From Eledone cirrhosa (lineage: Eukaryota): a DNA stretch of 64,000 nucleotides. The stretch spans positions 61,814,001 to 61,878,000 of the forward strand of contig OZ024740.1 in NCBI GenBank assembly GCA_964016885.1, read 5' to 3'. Within the stretch, counting starts at the first letter, position 1; each line of letters starts with the position of its first letter. Position numbers and translations under genes: made by a program. The notes beneath the pieces are model-generated. The model was not told the DNA's origin, made no database searches, and saw only the letters and a program-made list of their open reading frames with translations. Positions 26,335-40,509 of the stretch are shown here, in pieces.

Positions 26335-27629
26335 CGAGGGGGGATCAAAAAGTTCGCGGAATTTTTCAAAAAATATGGTTTACCTTCAATTTATTTTTCT
26401 ACATAGTTGCCATCCAGGTCAATACACTTCACAAGGCGATGCTTCCAGCTTCGTAAGCCGTCTCTAAAGAAAGTTGAAGGCCTTGTTCGAAGCCATGTGT
26501 TGGCAGTGTTTTTAGCTTCTTCAACACCACTAAAACGGGTTCCTTTTAGCATTTCTTTGAGTTTTGGAAAGAGGAAAAAGTCTGATGGGGCTAAATCTGA
26601 ACTATAAGGCGGGTGAGGAAGCACTTCCCATCGAAATTCTTGAAGAACTTCTTTTGCAACCCGCGCAGAATGCACTGGTGCATTGTCATGATCAAACAAG
26701 ATCCCACCATGATGTTTCCCTTTTCGTTTCTTGACTAATGCCTCTTTCAGTTTCCTTAAAACATTTGCATAGTAAGCTCCTGTCACAGTTCTTTGACCTT
26801 CAAGATAATCTATTAGTATCACCCCATTTGAATCCCAGAAAATGGTGGCCATCACTTTTTTATCCGACTTTTGAGATTTTAACTTGATTGGCCCCGATGA
26901 TCCACGTGGAAGCCACTGTTTTGACTGCTGTTTGGATTCAGGATCATACTGGTAGATCCAGGTTTCATCTCCGGTGATGATTCTGGTCAGGAAATGCTCT
27001 TCATCAACTTCAATTTTGTTTAATATCGCCAAAGACAGATCACTTCAAAGAATCAGCTGATCAGGGCACAACGCTTTTGGGACCCATCGCACTGAAAGCT
27101 TGCTTAGTCCCAAATTATCGTGCAGAATTGAATTTGCCGAACCATATGAAATGTCTAGGGACTTAGCTAACTGATTAACTGTTATTCTTCGATCTTCTAC
27201 AATTAAAGTCTGAGCAGCCTCAACGTTTGGTCATTTTTTTGATGTTCCTAGTCTTCCACTGCGATGGTGGTCTTCAAGGTCGTCTTTCCCCTTGTTTGAA
27301 TTGCTGAATCCACTTGTAGACAGCAGTTTTCTTTGGAGCAGTAGTACCGTAAACTTTAACTAAAGCCTCCATAATCTGTGTCCCTTTCCATTTGGGTTTT
27401 GCCAGAAACTTGATATTCGATCTTATCTCAAAATAACTATTTTCCATTGTTCCAAAAAGAGGTTTTTTTAAAGTGTGTCAGTACTGTACAATAGTCCGCG
27501 CATAACTGACTACAAGTGACTAATAGCAAGGTAAACACCCAGTGACAATGTTCTGACATGTTTAATATTGTTTTAACCTATTTTTTTCTTACTACAATAA
27601 CATTCTGCGAACTTTTTGATCCCCCCTCG
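26335..27629 (-). mobile_element. Full-length mariner (D,D34D) with disrupted transposase
   Basis: TIRs cgaggggggatcaaaa(a)gttcgc.gaat, TA TSD; TGDETW, HDNAPVH, PYSSDLAPSDF. Confidence 0.96.
26391..27447 (-). pseudogene. Mariner transposase, frameshifted in the N-terminal half
   Basis: Catalytic domain open at 26391-27032; upstream part broken; ATG at 27447. Confidence 0.88.
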
Positions 27630-28265
27630 TATATGTATATCAGTTCCTGTATGAGCAAGACATGGTCAGCCAACCAGAAACTGCCCACAACAGGACAACC
27701 CGTCTAACCCCTGCTAGTATGGAAGAACGGACGTAAAACGGTGATGATGATGATGATGACGATGATTTATTTATATATGTATATGTATTTATAAGTATGT
27801 GTATATATTTGTATATATGTATATGTATCATCATCATCATCATCATATATATAAGTATATGTGTATATATATTTATATATTTGTTTTTGTATATATCTAT
27901 ATATAAGTATATGTATATATATTTGTATATGTATTTATTTGTATATGTATATAAAGAAATATGTGTATAAGAAATCCCAGTAGAAGGAAGACGCAGTTGA
28001 GGAAGACCACGAAAAACATGGGCGGGGGTGGTGAGAGCAGACCTCAGATCGCTGAAACTCACAGAGGAGATGACGAAGGACCGTGATAAGTGGAGAGGTG
28101 CTGTGCTGAATAGGACCTATCCCACCCTTGCAAGCAGGGAAAAGCGGACGTAAAATGATGATGATGATGATGATATATATATACACACACATATACTTAC
28201 ATATACACACATATACTTATATATACTTATATATACATATATATAAATATATACACATATATGTG

Positions 28266-30222
28266 TATAAGTAAGGCGATCAAAAATTTGAAGACAGGCA
28301 AGGCAGCTGGGCCTTCGGAAATAGTTGCTGAAATGCTGAAAGCATCTGGAACGGTGGGACACACTATGGTCACCCGGATAGTAAACCAAGTCATACAGGA
28401 TGGGGTCGTTCCGAAGGACTGGCGTAGCAACATCATCATTAACTGCTACAAGGGTAAAGGAGATGCCCTAGACATGGGAAACTATAGAGGCATTAAATTA
28501 ATTGACCAGGTCATGAAGGTCACAGAAAAAGTAATAGCGCAACTAATCAGAGAGTGAATTGATCTAGATGAAATGCAGTTCGGGTTTGTGTCAGGTAAAA
28601 GTAACACAGACGCTCTTTTCATTGTACGAATATACAGGAGAAGTACCTAGCTAAAAGTAAACCCCTATACTTAGCTTTTGTTGACTTGGAGAAAGCCTTT
28701 ATCTGGTGGGCCCTTAGAAAACTAGGTGTTGATGAATGGCTTGTGAGAGCTATACAAGCCATGTATAAAGAAACAGTCAGCAAGGTTAGAATTAACAACA
28801 CATATAGTGAAGGGTTTAGCGTAAAAGTTGGTGTTCATCAGGGCTCTGTCCTTAGCCCCCTACTATTTATTATTGCCCTTCAGGCTATAATAGAGGAGTT
28901 CAAGACCGGCTGCCCATGGGAACTCCTATACGCAGATGATCTAACGCTCATAGCTGAATCAATGGCTGAACTAGAGAAGAAATTCCAAGCATGGAAGCAT
29001 GGCCTAGAATCAAAAGGCCTTAAAATTAACCTGTCTAAGACTAAAGTTCTAGTTTGTAGGAAGGAAAATAGGGCACTGGTCCCATCTGGGAAATGGCCAT
29101 GCTCAGTGTGTAGGAAAGGAGTAAGCAGAAACTCCATTTTATGTCCAAAATGCAAAGTATCGGTGCATAAAAGATGTAGTGGGATCACAGGTAAGCTAAC
29201 TAAGAACATAGATTTCATATGTGGCCGGTGCTCAGGTGCAATAAGTAGCAGCAAGTGCCCAGATGGTTCTATAGAAATAGTGGACACCTTCCGTTACTTG
29301 GGTGACAAAATCAGCAGTGGTGGAGTGTGCTCTGAAAGTACAGTAGCTAGAGTCAGAACAGGATGGAAAAAGTTCAGAGAGCTTATACCACTATTGGCCG
29401 CTAAAGGGTTCTCTCTAAAAATGAAAGGCAGGCTGTATGCCTGCATACGAACAGCAATGTTACATGGCAGTGAGACTTGGGCATTGTGTGCAGAGGATAT
29501 ACGCAGACTGGAGAGGAACGAAGCTTGCATGCTCCGTTGGGTGTGTAATACTAATATACGTGAACGGCAAAGCATAAATAAACTAAGGGAGAAATTAGGA
29601 ATAAGAGGGATCAGATGTTGTTTACTCGAGAGAAGACTACATTGGTATGGTCACATGATGCGTATGAAAGACGACAGCTGTATAAAAAAGTGCAGGCCGA
29701 TAAAAATAGACGGTAGTCACGGAGTAGGCAGACCCCGAAAAACCTGGGACGACTTGATAAATTCCGACCTCACACACTTACACCTCTCCAAAACAATGTG
29801 ACTGGACCGAGATCTTTGGCGCTACACAGTAATACAGAAGACCCGCCTTGCCTAAGTACATAGCGAAATCTACAGTCAGTAGGCACCTCTTAACCAAAAT
29901 ACACCCCCCGTCCCACTACCCCCACCCCATCTACACCACCCCTTTCGATGTAAAGTTATGTTAGTACCACAACATCCAGTCCGAAATAAATGAGGTCGTG
30001 TAGGTGTCATGACAAAAAAACACGCAGTCCACTCTGTAATGTGGCCGTGTAGGTAACACAGTAAAAACCTCCCAGTCCACACTGTAAATGTGGTTGGTGT
30101 TAGGAAGGGCATCCAGCCGTAGAAAACCCGCCAGACAACCAATCTTGCCTCAAGTGGGAAAATTCCCGTCCAAACCCATGCAAGCGTGGAAGATGGATGT
30201 TAAACGATGATGATGATGATGA
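28266..30222 (+). mobile_element. RTE LINE, 5'-truncated and decayed
   Basis: ORFs 28261-28557 and 28686-29801; 3' UTR; (GAT)n. Confidence 0.94.
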
Positions 30223-30367
30223 TATATATATATTTGTATATATATATATTTATTTACATATATATATTTATTTATATATATATATGTTTATGTATATATT
30301 TATGTATGTATATGTATGTATATATATATATGTATATATATATATGTATATATGTTTATATATATAT

Positions 30368-30683
30368 CATCATTTCATTGATCATTTCATTTTACGTCCG
30401 CTTTTTCCCTGCTTGCATGCTACAGCTAGATGCCCTTCCTAACACCAACCTCATTTACAGTGAGTGCTGGGTGCTTTTTTGCCGTGGCACCTGCACGACC
30501 ACTTTGCAGTGGAATTTTAGGGACCCCAATCCCTATCATCTCATTTCTACAGCTGAGTAAACTGGAGCAATGTGAAATAAAGTGTCTTGCTCAAGGAAAC
30601 AACACATCACCTGGTCTGAGAATTGAACTCACAACCTTTCGATTGCAAGGCCAATGCCCTAACCACTGATCCATGTGCCTCCA
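30368..30683 (-). mobile_element. CORE-like SINE with RTE tail
   Basis: Copy of 21268-21613. Confidence 0.85.
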
Positions 30684-32049
30684 TATATATATATATATAT
30701 ATAAATGCATACATCTGTCTGGGGACTAATTAAATGCTGAGACATTAAATGGAAGCTGTTAGCCATAGGGAATATATATGGAAAGAAAATCCATATGACT
30801 GAACTATTTGAAGGCAACATTAAAACCTGCTAAATATATTTTCCTGCAGATTTGTAATGTAACATTATAGCATAATAATATAATGCCAGAGTAGAGATTG
30901 TTACAGTTAATCTTGCTGCAGTAGAACTCTTACTGATGGTAATCAATGTGATAAATGTATGATATAGCTTTCTTACTAACATATATTTGCTGATTGTTGT
31001 GAGGGGAAAGGGAATTGAATGAAGTATATAACTAGTATTTATTGTATTGATTTTGGATGGATAAAAGACAAATTTGATCTGACTTCAGATTTTAAATATT
31101 AAAAATAAAATTTTATGATTTACTCAGACATTGAAGAATGGTCGAAATTCTTAAGAAATTGATCTGATCTTCGCCAGATTTTAAATTTCAAATCGCAAAA
31201 TTTTATGATTAAGCCAGAGGTTGAAGGGTAGGCTAAATGGTTAACACGTTTGCTTCGTAATCATGAGGTTTCAGATTTGATCTCACTACTTCATATCTTG
31301 GGCAACTGTTGTTTACCATATCCTTGAGTTGAGCCATGCCTTGTTTCTGAAATTGGGTAATAGAGACTGTTTGTAAGATTGTCAAATGCCTATATATGTA
31401 ATTCAAAGGCAAAGTTTGTCACATGCTGTGTCATACTACATCTCCCTGAAAATCACATTAAAAGCATACACATCTGTGTAATGGTTAGTTATTACATTCT
31501 GTTGATTGAACAACAAAAACACTCGTTATTAAAACCAATGGAGGTCCCCTAACTTCACTCGTGCACCTTTGCACAGAGCCTTTGATTAGTGAGAGAAAGA
31601 GAAGATCTTGATAAGTGCTTGCAACAGAGTATTTTCTGTTAAAGACCTCCAAAAGCTAGATTCTTGCAGTGTTAAACCAAAGAGGAAGAGATTGAGAACT
31701 TGACCATAGAGAGTTGTCATGTTTATGATAGTCATAAATGTGGGGTAGATTGGCCTCAGTATTTAACGAGTACTTATTTAATCACTCCCACCCTTAGGAA
31801 GGGTAAAATATAGAGAGGAACTCTGAAAGCAACTGGATTTAAACTCAGAATATAAAACAAACTATATATAAATTTCTGCGATTTTGTCACAACGCATAAA
31901 GTGAGAGGAGTAGTTTGACTTCCTCATACTACTCCTCTCTCTTTACGTCTGCTACCTGTGTGAATGTATGTGTGTGCAAAAGGAAGAAAGGGGAAGTGTG
32001 TCTGTGTTTGCACGTTTATATTTATATCCCTCCCCCCCCCCCCCCCCCC

Positions 32050-34797
32050 CCATGAAGAATGCACCTCCCAACATAGACTGATAATTAGCGACCTCATAGT
32101 CAGGACGAGACGTACAGCAGAAGAGGACTATCCTCAGGAGAAAAATATGGAAGCTAAAGGACCCCACAGCCAGGAATAAATTTCAAAGCATATTACTTGA
32201 TGCTTTCGACAGTAAGGAAGAACATTTAGAGCCGGACAATATAGAGGGAGAGTGGGAATTTCTGAAAGCAAACCTGCTGTTGGCGGCAGACGAAGTCTGT
32301 GGCTGGAGCAGGCCTGTAGGCAGGAGGAGAGTAACATGGTGGTGGAACAGTAAGGTGGAGGGGTCAATTAAGGCCAAAAAGCAGGCTTGGAAAGTATGGC
32401 GGGTTGGGGGAAGTAGAGAAGACTATCAAGTGGCCAGGAGGGAAGCTAGGAGACAAGTGTACTTAGCAAGAAGGGAAGCTGAGGAAAGAAAGTTCAAGCA
32501 TGTTCTACAACGCGATGACCAAAAACGTGAGGTGTTCAGGATTGCTAGGCAATGCGTCAAGGAAAACCGTGATATTGTCGGGGAGAAGTGTGTACTAAAC
32601 GACGATGGCACACTTGCCATCACCGACGCTGATAAGAAGGTAGCTTGGAAGTGTCACTATGAAAGGCTACTAAATGAGGAGAATAAATGGGAGAAAGACA
32701 GTCTCCCCCATATCGACCCAATAGAGGGACCAGCAGTGTTAGTCGAGGGGAGTATAATAAGTAAGGCAATCAAGGATATGAAGACGGGTAAGGCGGCTGG
32801 GCCTTCGGAAATAGTTGCTGAGATGCTGAAGGCATCTGGCACGGTGGGACACACCATGGTCACCCGCATAGTTAACCAAGTCGTACAGAATGGGGTTGTT
32901 CCGAAGGACTGGCATAGCAGCATCATCGCTAACTGTTATAAGGGTAAAGGAGACGCCCTAGATAGGAGTAACTATAGAGGCATTAAATTAATCGACCAGG
33001 TCATGAAGGTCACGGAAAAAGTAATAGCGCAACTAATCAGAGAGAGAATTGACCTAGATGAAATGCAGTTCGGGTTTGTGTCAGGCAAAAGTACCACAGA
33101 CGCTCTTTTCATAGTACGACAACTACAGGAGAAGTACCTAGCTAAAGGTAAACCCCTCTACTTAGCTTTTGTCGACTTGGAGAAAGCCTTCGACAGAGTC
33201 CCCCGCTCCATTATCTGGTGGGCTCTTAGAAAACTAGGCGTTGACGAATGGCTTGTGAGGGCTATACAAGCCATGTATAAAGAAACAGTGAGCAAGGTTA
33301 GAATTAACAACGAATATAGTGAAGAGTTTAGCGGAAAAGTTGGCGCCCATCAGGGCTCTGTTCTCAGCCCCCTACTATTTATTATTGCCCTTCAGGCTAT
33401 AACAGAGGAGTTCAAGACAGGCTGCCCATGGGAACTCCTATACGCAGACGACCTGACACTCATAGCGGAATCAATGGCCGAGCTAGAGAAGAAATTCCAA
33501 ACATGGAAGCACGGCCTAGAGTCAAAAGGACTTAAAATTAACCTGGCTAAGACCAAAGTTCTAGTTTGTAGGAAAGAAAACAAGGCGGCGATCCCTTCTG
33601 GGAAATGGTCGTGCTCGGTGTGTAGGAAAGGCGTAGGTAGAAACTCCATTTTATGTCCTAAATGCAAAGTATGGGTGCATAAAAGATGTAGTGGGATCAC
33701 AGGTAAGCTAACTAAGAACATAGATTTTACATGTGGCCGGTGTTCTGGTGCAATAAGTAGCAGCAAGTGCCCACAAAATACTAGCTCTTTCAATTGCGCA
33801 GAGGGTTCTATAGAAATAGTGGACAGCTTCCGTTACCTGGGCGATAAAATCAGCAGTGGGGGAGGGTGCTCTGAAAGTACAGTAGCTAGAGTCAGAACTG
33901 GTTGGAAAAAGTTCAGAGAGCTTATACCACTATTAGCTGCTAAAGGGTTCTCCCTAAAAATGAAAGGCAGGTTGTACGATGTCTGCATACGAACAGCAAT
34001 GCTGCATGGCAGTGAGACCTGGGCATTGTGTGCAGAGGATATACGCAGACTAGAGAGGAACGAAGCTTGCATGCTCCGCTGGATGTGTAACAGTAATATA
34101 CGTGAACGGCAAAGCATAAACGAACTAAGGAAAAAATTAGAGATAAGAGGGATCAGATGTTGTTTACTCGAGAGAAGGCTACGTTGGTATGGACACGTGA
34201 TGCGCATGAAAGTCGATAGCTGTATAACAAAGTGCAGGGCAATAAAGATAGACGGTAGTCACGGAATAGGCAGACCTAGAAAAACCTGGGACGAGCTGAT
34301 AAACTCCGACATCACACACTTACACCTCTCCAAGACAATGTCACTGGACCGAGACCTTTGGCGGTACTCAGTAACAGAGAAGACCCGCCTTACCTAAATA
34401 TATAGTAAAACCTACTCCAGCCAGTAGGTATCTCTAACAAAATACACCCCGTCTCACCACCACCACCCCCACCCCATCCACACCACCCCGTTCTATGTAA
34501 AGTTATGTTGGTGCCGCGCCATCCAGGCCGAAACAAATGAGATCGTGTAGGTGTCACGACAAAAAAACACACAGTCCACGCTGTAATGTGGCCGTGTAGG
34601 CAACACGGTAAAAACCTCCCAGACCCACACTGTAAATGTGGTTGGTGTTAGGAAGGGCATCCAACTGTGGAAAACCTGCCAGACAGTCCTATGCGAGCAA
34701 GACAATCACTCTTGCCTCAAGTGGGACTACCCCCGTCCAAACCCATGCAAGCGTGGAACATGGACGTTAAATGTTGATGATGATGATGATGATGATA
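32050..34797 (+). mobile_element. RTE LINE, longest copy (end of APE domain to (GAT)n tail)
   Basis: SQHRL (APE end) at ~32065; uninterrupted RT ORF; 3' UTR. Confidence 0.96.
32280..34397 (+). CDS. RTE reverse transcriptase (5'-truncated ORF) with internal PHD-like finger
   Basis: 705-aa ORF with all non-LTR RT motifs including YADD. Confidence 0.93.
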   Translation: MAADEVCGWSRPVGRRRVTWWWNSKVEGSIKAKKQAWKVWRVGGSREDYQVARREARRQVYLARREAEERKFKHVLQRDDQKREVFRIARQCVKENRDIVGEKCVLNDDGTLAITDADKKVAWKCHYERLLNEENKWEKDSLPHIDPIEGPAVLVEGSIISKAIKDMKTGKAAGPSEIVAEMLKASGTVGHTMVTRIVNQVVQNGVVPKDWHSSIIANCYKGKGDALDRSNYRGIKLIDQVMKVTEKVIAQLIRERIDLDEMQFGFVSGKSTTDALFIVRQLQEKYLAKGKPLYLAFVDLEKAFDRVPRSIIWWALRKLGVDEWLVRAIQAMYKETVSKVRINNEYSEEFSGKVGAHQGSVLSPLLFIIALQAITEEFKTGCPWELLYADDLTLIAESMAELEKKFQTWKHGLESKGLKINLAKTKVLVCRKENKAAIPSGKWSCSVCRKGVGRNSILCPKCKVWVHKRCSGITGKLTKNIDFTCGRCSGAISSSKCPQNTSSFNCAEGSIEIVDSFRYLGDKISSGGGCSESTVARVRTGWKKFRELIPLLAAKGFSLKMKGRLYDVCIRTAMLHGSETWALCAEDIRRLERNEACMLRWMCNSNIRERQSINELRKKLEIRGIRCCLLERRLRWYGHVMRMKVDSCITKCRAIKIDGSHGIGRPRKTWDELINSDITHLHLSKTMSLDRDLWRYSVTEKTRLT

Positions 34798-35399
34798 CTC
34801 AGACATATAAATGTTTGTATATGCACATACACATACGTGTCAGCATATGGAAAAAAATTCTAGTGCAAATAAATGCTACAAGAATGTCCAACATTCTAAT
34901 GATTCAGCCATTGTACAACAACTGTTGAGCTCATAATATTCATTTGTATTTGTTAATGTTCAATAGCTTAATACATTGAAAGTAAAATAGAATTTTGTGA
35001 TGTTTATGTCTTTCTTAAGAGCAGTAAATATGTAAGTGAACATGTACTAATTGAGAATGAAATTTAGATTATAGTTTTCACTCACCAGGAGGTTATTTCT
35101 TGCACAACAGGTCTCTAATGCCGTATATATTTAAGGTCTTTATTGGTCAGGATTGATAATGTATTCACACCTGGTAAGTTCCTCTCCGTGGCGCAGAGTT
35201 TGAAAAGACCTTTTATTTATCTGAAGGTAGGGAAGTAGATATCTAAAAAATTCTTGAAGTTCCTTGTTTGTAGATAATCCTAAAATATATTTTTTAATTT
35301 AATAACTCATGATAAAATCCCCAAACTCCAAGAGAGCAAAGCAAAACATGTCTAACTGTATCAGCTAACAACAATAATGACGATGGTGATGATAATAAT

Positions 35400-35945
35400 A
35401 ACTAAGTTTTGATCCATTGATTAATCATCTATTTTTTTATGGATGACTTAAAGCTATGTGGGAAAAATTAGAAGCCAGTTGATTTATTGGTGTAGACTGT
35501 TTGGCTATGTAACGAGGACATGAAAATGAGTTTTGGTATCACCAAGTGTGCAACTGTGTCATTTGAAAAGGGTGAGAGCGGTAGAATTCAATAGTATTAA
35601 ATTGATAATAAGAGACGAAATAGGTGAGCCACATGTAGAAGAATACAAATGTTTGGGTGTACTGGAACTTGACAGTATGTTGTGCAAGGAAATGCAAAGA
35701 TAAACAAAATAGTTATATCTGAAAATGGTTAGTTGGTTGATAAAAAGTAACTTGAATGTGAAAAATGTATTCTTGGTGATGAATGCATGGACAGTATCAG
35801 TTATCAAGTGTAGTGCTGCATCTACAGGGTGGATGAAAGAAGAAACTCAAGAGTTGGATATGCAGATAGGGAAACTATTGGTGAAAGGGGACTCTCTGGA
35901 CCAAAAGTCAAATATTTGAAGGTTGTACATTAGAAGAAAATAGAA
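35400..35945 (+). mobile_element. Decayed R4/Dong-like RT fragment
   Basis: INHLFFMDDLKL...FGITKCA...YKCLGV; preceded by short (TAA)n. Confidence 0.75.
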
Positions 35946-36223
35946 GAATCAATACATAACAGAACATAACTAGTGCATTATCTATCAAGCTCAAAATTGG
36001 CCTTGGCAGAATTTGAACTAGAGTGCAAGTGTTCAGCAGTTTTTTCTATGTCCCATTACCCTTCCTGATGCCAGAATATAGGTTTATATGTAAGTATGGT
36101 ATATGCTGGTCATCTTTGTCAAAATACTATGCTGCTGAAAATAAACAAATGTTCTTGGCTGCTTTAAGCATTGTTGATAAAATGTTATTAGTAAACTGAT
36201 TTGTATACACACATAAACACATA

Positions 36224-36478
36224 CTCTCAGGTTTTGAATAATTTCCCCCCCTCCATTAATTTTCCAGACCCCCCCCCCCACTGGAGAATCTAATAATATT
36301 TTTATTTTACATTAAAAAAACATTATATATGACAATAAAAGAACATTACAAGAAATCCCATATTTACAAATGTGCACTATACAATTACTGATTTCTCGAC
36401 ACTCACCCCCATTTATTCCAACCCCACTGCTTATAAGAATCTAAGCAATTGTCCAACCCCTTATTTGGGACCCGAGAG
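36224..36478. mobile_element. Tc1/pogo-type MITE
   Basis: ta-ctctcaggttttgaataa...ttatttgggacccgagag-ta. Confidence 0.6.
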
Positions 36479-37237
36479 TACACGCTCATATGTAAGCATA
36501 CATACATGCATGCACACATAGATAGTGGAAGCCAACTTGTGTCCAAGTATGGCCACTTAGAAGAAAATAACAAAACATACAAAACCAAACGTTGGCAAAA
36601 AATGTTATTAATGTTGTTGTCATTGATGTTGCTTTAGATGGCTCATCCAACCAGGAAGTAACTTACAAGTCATACCACACAGTGTGCAGGTAAATTTCCC
36701 ACCTAATTGAGTTTGATTGGTGTGGCATGCTTTATGGTGCCATGTTTACTCACCTGCAGAGTGACACACTTTGGTATGGATGTCACATGCAAAATTATGC
36801 ATGCATACATACATGTGAACATACATACATACATGGATGCATGTGTACTTACATACTTACATACATACATACACATGTACATACGTACATACATACACAC
36901 ACACATACACACATACATATGTACATACATACATACATAAATGATGAGCTTCTTTTGTTGTTTCTCTCTACCAACTTTGATCACAAAGCATTGGTTAGTT
37001 GACAGCTGTAGTAGAAGACATTTGCCCAAGGTGCTGTGCACTCGGATGGAACCTGACATGTGGTTGGGAAGCAAACTGCTTAACCATAAACCAGTTTACA
37101 ATTCAATTCTCTAGGCGTAACAAATTAAATACTGAACATAAACTTGATTTAACCAACAATATCCCCATCTTATGCAACTGATCTTGAGCTCTTATGAGAA
37201 AACAATGTCTTAGTCAAAATATTTTCATTTTATATAG

Positions 37238-37404
37238 CACTCATGTTGTCTGACTGTCTACAACAGAACAAAAACCCAACATTTGGCCCCCTTTGGATAT
37301 CAACTGGAGAACCATTTGAGCCTTCGGGAACTTTGGAGTTTTTGCTGAATATGAAGAAAGTTTTAAAAAAGAAGTTGAAATGTGAAATGTCTTGCAGAAA
37401 TGAG
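37238..37404 (+). CDS. Probable host-gene exon (unidentified protein)
   Basis: ttttcattttatatag| ... gag|gtaagg; open frame LMLSDCLQQNKNPTFGPLWISTGEPFEPSGTLEFLLNMKKVLKKKLKCEMSCRNE. Confidence 0.6.
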
Positions 37405-38465
37405 GTAAGGAAAAAAATAGAATTTATGTTCAATATTTTCAAGGTGCTGTAATTATTAAGGAAAATTATTTTGATTTGTATGTTGGAAGATAAGTGTTAA
37501 TATTTTAGTCCATTTCTTCCCTCGTGTACTGAGACATCATCATCATCATCATTTAACGTTCATTTTTTCCTGCTAGCAAGAGTTGGAACAGGTCATCAGC
37601 CATGTCAATAATTTGTCAGTGCCACTGATCTCTCAGCCATGTTGCAGGTGATGAGGGCTGTATGCATTTTGTTTACATATGTTTCTGCACTCTACAGAGT
37701 GTACTGGGTGCATTTTATCATGGTACAAACAAAGGGATGTTGCCATGACCTTTAAACAACTGAAGAGTACTCCAGGGACCTGTTCCATATGATGAATTAA
37801 AAAGTTATTTGAAACACATCTTCCATCCCTTCTCTCCACTGCTACCACCACTACCACTACTGCATCTATTTTTCAATGCTTGTTTGGGTTTCACAGGTCC
37901 TCTCTAACACAGCATATCACCACATGTATTCCTTTTTCATCTCTTCCATGAAGTTCAACATCATAACATCAGTTTCATCACTCCTGCCCATGTCTTCCTT
38001 AGTCTTCTTTTTCACAGTTTCCTTCAATGTGGATTTCTTGACTTTTATCTACCTAGTTGTCCTCCATATATATAACAAGTCCAATCTTCTTTCATGCACA
38101 CTACATCTGCTTCCTCTTATACTTGCATGAAAGAAAGCCTACCTAGGGGAATGGTAACTCTGTATAAAATCTTACAGTATAGAGGGGTCACTTCAGTCCT
38201 GAAAGACAACCCTTTTAATTCTGGTGGAACAATAAACAAACACACACAACATACTCTAAAACAGAGATTCTCAAAGTGGGTACTATCGCCCCCCCTCCCA
38301 GGGGGCGTTGAGAAGGTTCAGGGGGTGTTGCGGCCTAAGGGGGAGGGGGGCAGTAGAGCTGATATAGTAGTATATTAAATATCAAATGATATATATTATA
38401 TATAAATATAGTAAAATATAAAATACATAATATTTATTTAGATATAGTATATATTATATTATTTA

Positions 38466-38906
38466 TCTATATATCTAAAACAGAGAATGTCTGTCTGTCT
38501 GTCTCCCTAAAACTCGAGAACCACCCAACCGATTTTTTTCAAACTTTACACATGTAATACTTATGGTCATGTCAGTGTTTTGAGCAAAAATATTTCAAAT
38601 TTTCAATGCCCTAGGGACCGCATTAGGCGCCGGTTAGCGATCTCTCTCTTTCTTAGTGTGTATTTTTAGATAGATACATAGCTATAATGTCGCACCCTTA
38701 TAATATCTGTCTGTATGTCTGGCTGTCTGCATTACGACATTATGAAAACGTCTTCACTTCACAAATCAAAGTATCGTCTTCCTGTTTTCCTTCGGTTGCA
38801 ATGTTTTTCGATATTTACTTCTGCGTTCACAGATTGATTTTTTTAGTTTCAGAAGATCCCGTTAAGGGTGAAAGCAGCGATTATTTGCTTAAACTTTAAT
38901 CTGTTA

Positions 38907-38954
<48 letters not shown>

Positions 38955-39407
38955 TATATTCGTGTACAGATATTTTTGCATACAAAAAAACAAAATATAA
39001 ACAAACGTATTTATTTCATGAAAGCACAGATGGCTTATCATCATTGTTATTGCTGATATGCCACCCAAAAAGTCCCACTACTTTTGGCACAAGGCCAGCA
39101 ATTACATAGTCAACGGTTCGGAAATCACATTATCACTGACGAGTTTACTCCTTACTCTACCAGTTAGTCTTAATGTACTTCATCCTGCTTTTAGGTCATG
39201 CCTCGAAGGAACAGATATTCCATAGCCGAAATACTGCGAAAGGGGCAAGAAAAAGAACAAGGTTGGCAAACGAATCATCAGTGGAATCTGCTATTCGACG
39301 GTCGCAAGGCCGGGGTATTCCGTACTTCTCTGTACTGTTTCAGAAAGGAGGGATAAACATGCCAATCTATGTTTAGAATCCCAAGCAATGCCGGGCCATT
39401 CTGCTAG
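38466..39407 (+). mobile_element. Non-autonomous Helitron
   Basis: A|TC start, (GTCT)n near 5' end, 3' hairpin cccaagcaatgccggg then CTAG|T. Confidence 0.75.
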
Positions 39408-39446
39408 TTATATATAAATTAAGGATTTAATTTATTATATATTATT

Positions 39447-40509
39447 AGCTGAATGACCCAGTGTTGCTCGTGTTACTGCTGTTCTTATTCAGATTAGTAA
39501 CCAATAGATATGAAGATATTTTTTTCTTCTCATAATTATTTCAAAATATCTATATTTTATTAAAGAATATCAAAATTGTAATGATAATAGAATTTAGAAA
39601 TGAAAATCTGTGAATCTTGAAGCACCTCAGGGTAAACAATATTTATTGTGTAATTTTTGTTGTCTAAATGAATAAATTGTTGCTGCTTCCAGTTTGTGAG
39701 CAACCAACATAGAGTTGACCATGGGAGAAGCATGTAGTAGGGATCAAGTCCAACTACTTTAAGGAATTGACCTTGAGATTTGTTAATTGAAATAATAAAA
39801 CCTAGTTTGACTGGAAACTGAAGCCTCTTAAATTCAAATGGAACAGCTGTAGGTATGAGAGGAATTTTAAGAATAAAGACATTTTTTTCAATATTGTAAA
39901 CAAATAAGTATCAATATCCCAAAGAAATATATATTAATTATTATTTTTGTATGCAGTGTAAATTAACCAAATATAAGCAAATGTATTAACTGCTAATTTA
40001 ATGGTATGAGAATATAAATATAAACGGACAGACACACATACACTCACACAAACATACACTTATAAAAAACACACACAGACATACATTCATACAAACACAC
40101 ACAGTTTCACCCCAGCTTTCGTTATGTCAGTCGTCACAGAAATGTATGTATACTCACACACACATATACTTGTCAGTCATCACATATTTATGTGAAAATG
40201 TGTGTGTATGTAACTTACTAAGGTCTAATGTAACAAATACACAAACACACACACACACACTCATACAAAATGTGACGTCATCATCAAGTTATAAAATGTC
40301 CGTTTACTTATAGTTGACTGTAGAAAGATTATTTTAGATAAAATGTTATATTGTTTTAATCCAAATGAAAATAAAAATTACATGTTGTTAATCCCGAGGT
40401 CTAATACTATTACCTTAAAAAATTTGATTTGATTTGGTCAAGCCACTTGAGAATGCATAGGAAAAGACAAGCAGACAGACAGAGAGACAAAGAATTTTAT
40501 ATATAGAGA
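39447..40509 (-). mobile_element. Second, older non-autonomous Helitron
   Basis: Minus strand starts tctctatatataaaa..(TGTC)n, ends cgagcaacactgggtcattcagcta. Confidence 0.6.

Noticed and set aside
35089-35173. Candidate exon ending at a strong gtaagt donor
   Set aside because: All frames from good acceptors contain stops; only a weak AAG acceptor gives a short open frame
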